Part shown: positions 56,177 through 64,000 of the stretch, piece by piece
Position numbering within the stretch: the stretch's first letter is position 1
Layout of the letters: every line of letters starts with the position of its first letter
NCBI GenBank assembly: GCA_035526025.1
Contig: DATLDE010000011.1
Coordinates: 49,374 to 113,373 of the forward strand
Length of the DNA: 64,000 bases
Direction of reading: 5' to 3'
DNA from: Candidatus Limnocylindrales bacterium
GTDB lineage: Bacteria > Patescibacteriota > Microgenomatia > Levybacterales > UBA12049
The notes under the pieces: model-generated
Seen by the model: only the letters and a program-made list of their open reading frames with translations
Database searches by the model: none
What the model was told of the DNA's origin: nothing
Position numbers and translations under genes: made by a program

Positions 56177-57022
56177 TTAATTCACTGTAAAATTAATAAC
56201 TGCAGAATCTCTTCCAGGACATGTAGTTCCACCAGGAACATATCTTCCAAATACCGTATGGCTGCCAGCGCCAATTGCATTTGCTGGATATCCTGCGGTA
56301 GCAACTCCCGGATTGCTATTACCTGTACTCGCGGCGGTAAAATAAGATGGCTGTCCATCTCTATAAAAATAAACAGCTCCTGTTGGCGTGCAGCCTGAAC
56401 CTGTTACCGTAGCGGTAAATGTTATGCTCTGACTGACAGATACTGGATTGGGGGATACTGTCATGGAAATACTTCCACCTCCTGCAGGAGGTGCTGACGT
56501 GGGAGTTGCTGTAGGAATAGTTGTAGGTGCTCCTGGACCTGCTACAGGAGAATCACCAAATTCTGAGAACTGAGAAGGTTTTATTTTCGATAGACAAGAT
56601 ACGAGACTGCTCTTATGACAGAATACGCCGCTTGAACACTTGCTATCACTCCACGCCACATTCACAGTAGCTTTTGCAACATTTTCAGCACATCCTGGTG
56701 ACTGTTCAATCGTTACCGATCTTATGAAATTATCATAATTCATAGCTGTACAGGATGAGGGAACACTAATTGATGTTGCATTTTTGTCCAGACAATAAGT
56801 ACCATTGTATGACTGGAATTCGCTATAATTACTATTTCTAATTTTTTGTAATATCTCTATTCCTTCTTGAGCTGACTGTGTAGCCGAAACCTGTCTTTTT
56901 CCATAATCAACATTTTTTAATGATGATGTTACTATGACAGAGATTCCTGACACAATTATTCCAATTACGCTTATTGCCAATAGTGCTTCAATTAATGACT
57001 GGCCTTTCATATCATTGAACAA
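56177..57022 (-). CDS. prepilin-type protein with C-terminal Ig-like domain
   Basis: GQSLIEALLAISVIGIIV. C-terminal SVSQSITFTATVTGSGCTPTGAVYFYRDGQ is Ig-like. Confidence 0.65.
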   Translation of the reverse strand: MFNDMKGQSLIEALLAISVIGIIVSGISVIVTSSLKNVDYGKRQVSATQSAQEGIEILQKIRNSNYSEFQSYNGTYCLDKNATSISVPSSCTAMNYDNFIRSVTIEQSPGCAENVAKATVNVAWSDSKCSSGVFCHKSSLVSCLSKIKPSQFSEFGDSPVAGPGAPTTIPTATPTSAPPAGGGSISMTVSPNPVSVSQSITFTATVTGSGCTPTGAVYFYRDGQPSYFTAASTGNSNPGVATAGYPANAIGAGSHTVFGRYVPGGTTCPGRDSAVINFTVN

Positions 57023-58142
57023 CTAGATTAACTGTTGAGGATACAGCTGCTGGACAAGCACCGTTGGAGACATACCTCGCATATAATGGATGAGTCCCAA
57101 CTCCAATCACCGATGCAGGGTAACTTGAATATGTGGCAACCCCGGGATTTGAACTTCCTGTTGTAGCGGCCACAAATCTTGTGGATTGATTATCCCGGTA
57201 AAAATCAACATATCCAGTTGGAGTACAATTTATTCCTGTAACTGTAGCAGTAAGCGAAATGCTTTGACTTGAAGATACTGGATTGGGAGATACCGAAAAA
57301 GATATAGTTGTATTAACACCAGCTGGTGCAGTTGTAGCAGTAGGAGCAGTAGTTGCAACGGGAGCAGTTCCTACCCGACCACCACATGTTTCCTCACAGT
57401 CACTACCGGCAAATGCTCCTGCACCTAAGTCATAACATATAGCGGGTGAGACACTGTTATAATAGTAATATCTCTTGTTACAGGAAGGAGTCACATTTGG
57501 TTGACCACATGTAGCATCACAATACGTTCCAGTCCCTGGATCACCTTCTACACAGTTGTATGGTGCTGGATACAATCGGTATTTCGCAGTAGATGCATTA
57601 CAACTGGCTGATACCGCTGGAGTGGCGGTAGGATCAGTTGAAGCAGAAGGTACAAAGGCTCCTGACGATAGGATGATCGTACCAGTCCTGTCAATTGATA
57701 ACGTACTTGTTTTACCCAGTCCTGTGACCATAATAATTCCAGGTGTTGTCATCGTACCGGTTGAAACATTAAACATAACTACCGATGTAGATCCCGTTGC
57801 AAATGTTAAGGATGATGCCAATTTCCTTCTTTCTATAACAGTACGCACTCCTCCACATACTACAGATTGCTCATAATCGGTTCCAGAAACAGTTATTTTC
57901 ACCTCATAACCATCTAATGTGCCTGCACCGCAATTTGCTGGCTTTACCTGAGAAATGGCTCTTGAACGGGCAACATTCAGTGTATTTTGCACTTCAGACA
58001 CACTCCCATTAAAAACTTGAGAATTATTCAATATGCTAGAGGATGTTACGCCAGCGCTGATAATAATTCCACTTATAGCGAAAACTAACAAAAGCTCAAC
58101 CAATGTAAAACCTTTAATATTTTTATAGTATTTTTTAAACAT
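57012..58142 (-). CDS. prepilin-type protein with C-terminal Ig-like domain (paralog of 56177..57022 C-terminus)
   Basis: KGFTLVELLLVFAISGIII. C-terminal SSSQSISLTATVTGINCTPTGYVDFYRDNQ is Ig-like. Confidence 0.65.
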   Translation of the reverse strand: MFKKYYKNIKGFTLVELLLVFAISGIIISAGVTSSSILNNSQVFNGSVSEVQNTLNVARSRAISQVKPANCGAGTLDGYEVKITVSGTDYEQSVVCGGVRTVIERRKLASSLTFATGSTSVVMFNVSTGTMTTPGIIMVTGLGKTSTLSIDRTGTIILSSGAFVPSASTDPTATPAVSASCNASTAKYRLYPAPYNCVEGDPGTGTYCDATCGQPNVTPSCNKRYYYYNSVSPAICYDLGAGAFAGSDCEETCGGRVGTAPVATTAPTATTAPAGVNTTISFSVSPNPVSSSQSISLTATVTGINCTPTGYVDFYRDNQSTRFVAATTGSSNPGVATYSSYPASVIGVGTHPLYARYVSNGACPAAVSSTVNLVVQ

Positions 58143-58152
58143 CTTTCAGAAG

Positions 58153-58665
58153 TCATGGGCTACTTACCGTATACAATCCCGGGTAAGCACCCCCCCAATC
58201 GCAAGATCCATACCGAATAATATTATTAATTTCACTATCAGTTGTATTTTCAAGTCGGGTAGTTAAAATATATGATGTACCAGGAGCTACACCGCAAAAA
58301 GAACTGCTGTAATATGAATATGTATAGCCGCTTGAGAAAGGAACAGGCGACCCGCTATTTTTTGGGTCTTTAGGAACCGTTTTTAAAAAATTCGGAGTTA
58401 AGCCCGCGATCCATGAATCTCCTTGTTGGCTATTTACCCAATCACTAACAGGATACGAATCGTTATCTGACCTATAAAGCTCTAATGCTGCGCGGATTTG
58501 CTGAAGATCGGCTTTTCTTTTGGAGTCTCTTGATTTTTGTAATTGCCCTGAGGGATTTAACAATGCCATACTTGTCGTAGCTAAAACACCCAAAATCCCA
58601 ATTACTACCAATAATTCAATTAGTGTGAATCCTTTTCTCATATATTTATTATCTATCACATCCAC
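58153..58665 (-). CDS. type IV pilin
   Basis: RKGFTLIELLVVIGILGVLA. Confidence 0.75.
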   Translation of the reverse strand: MDVIDNKYMRKGFTLIELLVVIGILGVLATTSMALLNPSGQLQKSRDSKRKADLQQIRAALELYRSDNDSYPVSDWVNSQQGDSWIAGLTPNFLKTVPKDPKNSGSPVPFSSGYTYSYYSSSFCGVAPGTSYILTTRLENTTDSEINNIIRYGSCDWGGAYPGLYTVSSP

Positions 58666-59453
58666 TATATAAGTAAATATCCAGTTATTTTACTAATTAA
58701 AATATCTCCCCAAAACATCGAGATAATTGTACCGCTTACCAAAAAAGGGCCAAATGGGATAGTACTGCCTTTGATTTTTTTCTTTTTTGCCATCACCAGT
58801 ATCAAAGATATAATTGCACCACTTATAAAAGCTATATACATACCGAGGATTATTTTTGGATAACCTAACAAAAAGCCCATTAAAAATACATAGATAACAT
58901 CTCCAAATCCCATCCCGCGACCTTTTGTAACTAAAAATATAAACAAAAATGCCAAAAAAGAACATAAAGCAGAAATAAAGCTTAATCTTAAATCCGAAGA
59001 AAAATATATAGATTTAAAAATAAGAGCAACAACAAATGCCATGACAGTCACGTTAAATGGTATCAGCCCATACTTGATGTCTGTAAGAAAAATCACGATA
59101 AGCGATGATAATATAACTAAAGAATAAGCAATAGTTAACCAAAAATGAATATTAAATTCTCCGATATTTGTAGAAAATATATATGCAGAAGCAAATAATA
59201 TCCCTGTTATCAGCTCTGAAAGAGGATAATAGAATGAAAGCTTTTTTTTACAATATCTACATTTCCCACCTGTTGAGATATATGAAAATAACGGAATTAG
59301 ATCAAATGGGGAAAGAATTTTCTTGCAATATTCACAGTGTGATCTTCCCTTAAATGGATTTTCACCATTTGGTAATCGATCCGCCAAAACATTTAAAAAA
59401 CTGCCCACAAATATACCCAGTATAAAAAGTACAATTACAAATAATTCAGGCAT
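58665..59453 (-). CDS. pilD: prepilin peptidase (A24 family)
   Basis: Zinc-binding CEYC...CRYC pairs. Multi-TM. GMGFGDV. Confidence 0.8.
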   Translation of the reverse strand: MPELFVIVLFILGIFVGSFLNVLADRLPNGENPFKGRSHCEYCKKILSPFDLIPLFSYISTGGKCRYCKKKLSFYYPLSELITGILFASAYIFSTNIGEFNIHFWLTIAYSLVILSSLIVIFLTDIKYGLIPFNVTVMAFVVALIFKSIYFSSDLRLSFISALCSFLAFLFIFLVTKGRGMGFGDVIYVFLMGFLLGYPKIILGMYIAFISGAIISLILVMAKKKKIKGSTIPFGPFLVSGTIISMFWGDILISKITGYLLI

Positions 59454-59507
59454 GTCTAGAGCGTATCTAAAATGAATATTATATGCAAGAAGAAATATGA
59501 AGTTGCT

Positions 59508-59975
59508 TTATGGACAGCCAGTACCAACTGCAGCGACTATGCACTGCTTTCCGGTAACAGAATCATATTTTGCAAATGCAGTTGCTCCACCTGATGCTGC
59601 TAATGATTTTTTGGAAAAAAGGGTAGCTGTCATTGAAAATGCAGTTGCACTATACGTTGGGTTATAAGTCCACTTAGTTCCAGCCCCATCCGGATCTATG
59701 GGAGCTGATTTTAAATTTCCCGATGAAATCAATATAGCTTCAGTTGTCGGATAAGCCCCATTATTTGATGCTGCATAATTCTCAGCAGCTCTTGCCACAA
59801 GTCCTACATCATTCAATACTTTTGTATCATTAGATGCGTTTATTTTGTCAACTGGATCAATTGTCGAGATAAGACCAACAGCTAAAATACCTAGAACTGA
59901 AATAACTACCAAAAGCTCAATCAGAGTAAATCCTTTGGGAATAAAAGTGGATTTGGAATTATTTATTTTATTCAT
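59508..59975 (-). CDS. type IV pilin (major pilin candidate)
   Basis: PKGFTLIELLVVISVLGILAVG. C-terminal Cys pair. 155 aa. Confidence 0.75.
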   Translation of the reverse strand: MNKINNSKSTFIPKGFTLIELLVVISVLGILAVGLISTIDPVDKINASNDTKVLNDVGLVARAAENYAASNNGAYPTTEAILISSGNLKSAPIDPDGAGTKWTYNPTYSATAFSMTATLFSKKSLAASGGATAFAKYDSVTGKQCIVAAVGTGCP

Positions 59976-60049
59976 TTTCTATCTGTATTTAGTAGACCAC
60001 ATTTCTAGATAACGTGTCAAGAGGTTAAAAAGCGAAAAAAACGCGAATT

Positions 60050-61540
60050 TTATAACTTAGTGTGAACTATACCTACTTTATTTTCAGAGTCATTATTTGA
60101 AATTTCGCTATCTTTTGATAGATCTTCACCTTTAAAAACTTTCAGCGAAAAGCAAAATTGAGCACCTTTGCCCAATCCCTCAGAATTCGCCCAGATTTTT
60201 CCTTTATGCAATTCTATAATTGATCTGGAAATATACAGCCCAAGCCCACTTCCTGACGCACTTTTATTATTTGCATAAGAGTCTGGCAACATACTGAATT
60301 TCTGAAAAAGTTTATCTATATTTTCTTTTGATATTCCGGCACCAGTATCACTTATGCTTGTCTCAATCATGTCATTATTCTGGAAAAAAGAAATAGAAAT
60401 ATTTCCATTTTTAGGTGTAAATTTCAGAGAATTACCGATAAGGTTAAACAAGACCTCTTTAATTTTGTCAGCATCAGCCAAAACTTCGGGAAGTCCAGCT
60501 GCCGAATTAACTATCACATGCACTCCTAGTTCGGTTGCCCTCGGTTGGATCTCACCAACAATTTCTTGAGTTATTTTATACAAATCAACTTTCTGCAGCT
60601 CAACGGTTATCCTACCAGATTCTATCCTTGAGATATTTAACATATCATTTACAAGTTTTATCAATCTCTCAACAGAGCTATATGCACGGTCCAAGTATAA
60701 TTTCTGGGTATCATTCAAAATTCCGGCATCACCTTGCAACGTCATCCATAAGTATGACTTTATTGCAGTCATAGGTGTCCTCAACTCGTGAGACGCGAGA
60801 TATACAAATTCATCTTTAAGCTTATCCAAAACTTTTAATTTTTCGTTTGCATCCTGAAGATTATTGTACAAAGAAGCATTATCAATAGCGATTCCTATTA
60901 CCTGAGCCAGACGAGCCAATAAGTCTTTTGTGTATTCAGATATGTTTTGCTCTTCATCTGTTAGAGCAACCGCAATGACACCTGTTAATTGATCTCTTAC
61001 GATAAATGGGTAGGCGTGTACGGACTTCACTCCATTGAAATCCTTCAAACTAATTAACTTTGTTGATCCTTCTTTTGAAACAAACGAATTTTGCAGGGTA
61101 TTTGAGGATGTAGCAGTCTTATTTATTATGGCTTGTGGTATGATATTGTCTTTTTCAGAAAGAGATAATTCTGTTAAATAATATCTTTCAAAGTCATTTT
61201 TGAAGTTTTTGCTATACATGGATTCAGTTTCATATAGGGATAATCTCTTAAGAACCTCCTTTGACTCATCATATTCAAATATTGCAGCAATCTGAAAATC
61301 TGTTTCTGTAACAAGTAACTGAGTAACTCTTCTGGCAATTTCGTGATGATCTGTAACTGAACTAAGTATTATTTCATCGATTTTGCGAAGAAGTAGTAAT
61401 GTTTTGTTGCGCTCTGAAAGCTCTACGCTTTTTTTGTACATTTCCTGATTTATGTGAACAAGCTCTTGGGGAAGGTCGGATTTTCCACTGGTGTCATCGG
61501 ATGTTTTTTTGAGAAAAGGCAGCATAGGATTGATTACCAT
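60050..61540 (-). CDS. sensor histidine kinase (GAF-like N-terminus, HisKA + HATPase_c)
   Basis: LASHELRTPMTAIKSY is the H-box. N, G1 and G2 boxes are present (GNSLKF, DTGAGI, GSGLGL). Confidence 0.8.
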   Translation of the reverse strand: MVINPMLPFLKKTSDDTSGKSDLPQELVHINQEMYKKSVELSERNKTLLLLRKIDEIILSSVTDHHEIARRVTQLLVTETDFQIAAIFEYDESKEVLKRLSLYETESMYSKNFKNDFERYYLTELSLSEKDNIIPQAIINKTATSSNTLQNSFVSKEGSTKLISLKDFNGVKSVHAYPFIVRDQLTGVIAVALTDEEQNISEYTKDLLARLAQVIGIAIDNASLYNNLQDANEKLKVLDKLKDEFVYLASHELRTPMTAIKSYLWMTLQGDAGILNDTQKLYLDRAYSSVERLIKLVNDMLNISRIESGRITVELQKVDLYKITQEIVGEIQPRATELGVHVIVNSAAGLPEVLADADKIKEVLFNLIGNSLKFTPKNGNISISFFQNNDMIETSISDTGAGISKENIDKLFQKFSMLPDSYANNKSASGSGLGLYISRSIIELHKGKIWANSEGLGKGAQFCFSLKVFKGEDLSKDSEISNNDSENKVGIVHTKL

Positions 61541-61566
61541 TTTATCTTAACTGCTTTTTAGGAATA

Positions 61567-61845
61567 TTACAAAAGCAATTGTGGAATTTGATCTTTTGGA
61601 GCCTGTGAAATTATACTTTTAACCGCATCACGGCAAACTTCAATTGATGCAGGGCCAAAAAGCTTTTCGTATTGTCTAACCAAATTTTCTAAAATTATTT
61701 TCTTATCACCAGATATAATTAGTTCATTTTTTGCTTCATCAACTTTAATCCCGGTAACTTTCTGAGCCTGCTCCAGCGCAATAGGACCAATGATTGTTTC
61801 CTGCTCTTTTATTATTTTATCAACTATTTGGGCAAAAATATCCAT
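61567..61845 (-). CDS. hypothetical protein
   Basis: 92-aa ORF. Confidence 0.35.
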   Translation of the reverse strand: MDIFAQIVDKIIKEQETIIGPIALEQAQKVTGIKVDEAKNELIISGDKKIILENLVRQYEKLFGPASIEVCRDAVKSIISQAPKDQIPQLLL

Positions 61846-61848
61846 AGC

Positions 61849-62673
61849 TTATGCTCTATTACCTTGCTCTTTTGTGTCAAAGCAGTTAATTCCAAAAACG
61901 ATAAGCATCCAGGCAGTAGGCAAAATGATATCTACCCAATGTCCGTTATAATAAGTCCCAACCGTCGTTGTATATGAAAAAGAAAAATCACCAAAAAAGA
62001 GAACAAGCAATCCTAAAATTATGCTCAAAATAGGATATTTATATCTGCCCCCAAGATAATTAAAAGATAATCCATAAATAAGTAATGCGAAAAGTAAAAT
62101 TACTAAGTCACCAAGAGGATATGCAAGATCAAAGAAAAGCTTCAAACCTCCTTCTTCAAAATCAATAACTCCACCGCGAGCCACAACAATAAGCAAATAA
62201 TATGCTACAAATGTAGCAATAATTGTAATGACAGCAGCAAGTATTTTCCCGCCAACATGTTTTAATGAAATACGAGCTCCACTTGCTTTTGATAAACTAA
62301 CCAGTCCGATTGCTAAAAAGGGGAAAGATAAACTGTAACCTACATCGGCCAGAGAAGGGTATGGTACATCTATCTTCTGAAGAATATTATAGTATATAGA
62401 CCAAAACATTTGACCTATTCCCCAGGAAAATGCACCCAGAGACATAAAAAACATAGCTCTTCCGACCTTACTTTTAAGCATTCCCCATTGTTTTGCTTTG
62501 GTCATTCCCCAAATTCCACCAATGAGTGGGATAAGTCCAAATGCAAACTGATACCAATAATTGGCAGCAGTTTCTTTAATTCCGAGGAAATAAAAAGTCG
62601 AGCCCCATACAATAATTAGGCAGTAATAAATGAAGATAATCTTTGAATCTTTACTAATATTCCTTAATTGCAT
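61849..62673 (-). CDS. polytopic membrane protein
   Basis: 274 aa with about 7 hydrophobic helices. Confidence 0.45.
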   Translation of the reverse strand: MQLRNISKDSKIIFIYYCLIIVWGSTFYFLGIKETAANYWYQFAFGLIPLIGGIWGMTKAKQWGMLKSKVGRAMFFMSLGAFSWGIGQMFWSIYYNILQKIDVPYPSLADVGYSLSFPFLAIGLVSLSKASGARISLKHVGGKILAAVITIIATFVAYYLLIVVARGGVIDFEEGGLKLFFDLAYPLGDLVILLFALLIYGLSFNYLGGRYKYPILSIILGLLVLFFGDFSFSYTTTVGTYYNGHWVDIILPTAWMLIVFGINCFDTKEQGNRA

Positions 62674-62773
62674 AAATTATTACTACTATTGTTAGTATGC
62701 ACCCTCCAAAATAAATGTCAAGAGCATAGCATCTTTCAAATGCTTGGCATGCAAAAAGTAAAATAATTCTAAA

Positions 62774-64000
62774 TTATTTCACAACCCATACAGTCTCCAT
62801 TGACTTATCTCTCGCTGCAATATGTACATTGGGATAATTTCTTAGCTTTAAGTAATACTCAACAATCTCCTGCGTAAATTCTTCACCTTTTATTGTCAAT
62901 GGAATGCCAGGTGGGAATGGGGTTATGTATTCTGCAGCAATTCTTCCAATAGCCTTCGCTAATGGCACCATTTCAATTTGACTCCATAACAGCTTTGAAA
63001 CGTCGCTCAACTCTAAAATTCTGGGAATGTTTGTAGGAATATTTAGGTCAAACTTCGCACGTATTTTCCCTCGTTTTGGTAATTGTACTATTTGCTTAAG
63101 TGCACTTACTGTAATTTTTACATCGCTCAATGTGGCGCGGAAAGGAACCAAAAAAAGAATTGTACCTATATTATATTCCTCTACAATAACTTTGTATTTT
63201 TTTTCAAGAAGTTTTGCTATTTCATATCCATTAAATCCTGCTTTAGATACATTTACAATTACCTTTGTTTCATCACGATTATGCACAGAGATATGTCTAC
63301 TCTTCAACAGGTTAGTGGTTACAACTTCAAGTCCATCAATATGACTAATTTGCTGGGAAAGGGATTCTGCAATCATTAGAATATGATCTATTTTACTTTT
63401 ACCTCTTTTTTCCATCATTTCTCTTGCTGCATCCAATGACGCAAGAAGTAAAAACGATGGACTGCTTGTTACTAAACTCCGATAAGAATCCATTAATAAA
63501 TCAATATTAATTCTTCCATCGTTCCAATGAATCATTCCTGACTGCTGAAGAGAACCACCTTGCTTATGTGTGCTTTGCACGCATATATCAGCACCCGCTT
63601 CCATGGAAGAAGTTGGCAGCCTATTTGAAAAATGTAAATGTGCTCCCCATGCTTCATCTACAAAGACTACTAATTCTGGATATTTACGGCGTATCGTTGT
63701 AATTATCTTTTTTAAATTTATAGATATTCCCTCATAGGTAGGATTTACAAGAAGCAAAACTTGAGGTTTTGTTTTTTCAATCGTTTCATATATCTCTTTT
63801 TCCGTGTTTGGAAGAAATAATTGAAGTTCTTGGTCAATATTCGTAGGAAGAAAAATAAGATTTATGCCATAATCCTCACATGCTGCCACTATTGATTTGT
63901 GAACGTTTCTTCCAGAGAGTATCCTTAAGTTTGGAATCTGCTTGCTTAGTGCCCTAAGAACTACAAAATTGCTACCGGTTGTTCCGTTTACAGAAAAAAG
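62774..64000 (-). CDS. Orn/Lys/Arg decarboxylase family (PLP-dependent), N-terminus beyond window
   Basis: The frame is open upstream of the track start to the window edge (..FSVNGTTGSNFVVLRAL..). QSTHKQGGSLQQS carries the PLP lysine. Confidence 0.65.
   Translation of the reverse strand, partial: LFSVNGTTGSNFVVLRALSKQIPNLRILSGRNVHKSIVAACEDYGINLIFLPTNIDQELQLFLPNTEKEIYETIEKTKPQVLLLVNPTYEGISINLKKIITTIRRKYPELVVFVDEAWGAHLHFSNRLPTSSMEAGADICVQSTHKQGGSLQQSGMIHWNDGRINIDLLMDSYRSLVTSSPSFLLLASLDAAREMMEKRGKSKIDHILMIAESLSQQISHIDGLEVVTTNLLKSRHISVHNRDETKVIVNVSKAGFNGYEIAKLLEKKYKVIVEEYNIGTILFLVPFRATLSDVKITVSALKQIVQLPKRGKIRAKFDLNIPTNIPRILELSDVSKLLWSQIEMVPLAKAIGRIAAEYITPFPPGIPLTIKGEEFTQEIVEYYLKLRNYPNVHIAARDKSMETVWVVK

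Noticed and set aside
1-64000. CRISPR arrays or cas genes
   Set aside because: No regularly spaced short direct repeats anywhere in the window. The only repeats seen are the 27-bp pair around the Fic gene, the paralogous pilin C-terminal domains, and low-complexity Asn codon runs.
1-64000. rRNA, tmRNA, RNase P RNA or other large structured ncRNA
   Set aside because: No long non-coding stretches with rRNA-like conserved blocks. Intergenic regions are short and AT-rich. Only five tRNAs were recognisable by cloverleaf and T-loop (GTTCGAATC-type) inspection. Covariance models cannot be run here.

Overview
Organism and coding: this is a low-GC bacterial chromosomal window, densely coded on both strands. 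It uses the standard genetic code; long ORFs such as the 1141-aa one are intact, so there is no UGA recoding. Short housekeeping proteins (a PPIase-less trigger factor, short PheT, ThrS without its N-terminal domain) and a type IV pilus cluster suggest a small-genome lineage, perhaps Patescibacteria-like. I cannot assign taxonomy from sequence alone.

Main blocks, left to right:
- 1-6.2 kb: cell-wall and secreted proteins, tRNA-Val(TAC), a NadM-like nucleotidyltransferase and an ABC-F ATPase.
- 6.3-10.3 kb: an accessory hotspot with three tRNA-Leu isoacceptors interleaved with a RelE/antitoxin pair, a Fic gene bracketed by 27-bp direct repeats, and two tandem secreted GH73-like paralogs.
- 10.1-16.6 kb: an integrated mobile element abutting tRNA-Leu(TAG). 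It carries a large serine recombinase, DUF2958, a replication-relaxation-like protein and a 919-aa coupling-protein-like ATPase.
- 16.7-25.5 kb: a compositionally distinct island whose proteins are Arg/Ala/Gly-rich, unlike the Lys/Ile/Asn-rich rest. Its core is a biotin carboxylase-carboxyltransferase fusion (1141 aa) with no BCCP domain, flanked by two divergent BirA-like ligase paralogs. This is my best candidate for an undescribed system.
- 25.6-28.1 kb: an XRE regulator, a Fic-MerR fusion and a DinJ/YafQ toxin-antitoxin pair.
- 28.2-52.4 kb: housekeeping genes: tig, ilvA, ridA, an M20 peptidase, tRNA-Val(GAC), thrS-infC-rpmI-rplT, pheA-pheS-pheT, PBP1A, tyrS, recG, rpmF, nusB, rnc, rpsP, a KH protein and trmD.
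- 52.4-60.0 kb: a type IV pilus cluster (pilMNO, prepilin peptidase, six pilin/pseudopilin genes).
- 60-64 kb: a histidine kinase, a membrane protein and a partial Orn/Lys/Arg decarboxylase.

Three promoter / leader-peptide / terminator attenuators are visible by eye (a Phe leader before pheA-pheST, an Ile/Leu leader before ilvA, and a Leu-rich leader before two unknown genes). All three have the leader ATG about 7 nt after the -10.

Coordinates are hand-derived from the six-frame track and line labels, so a +/-1 nt error is possible in places.
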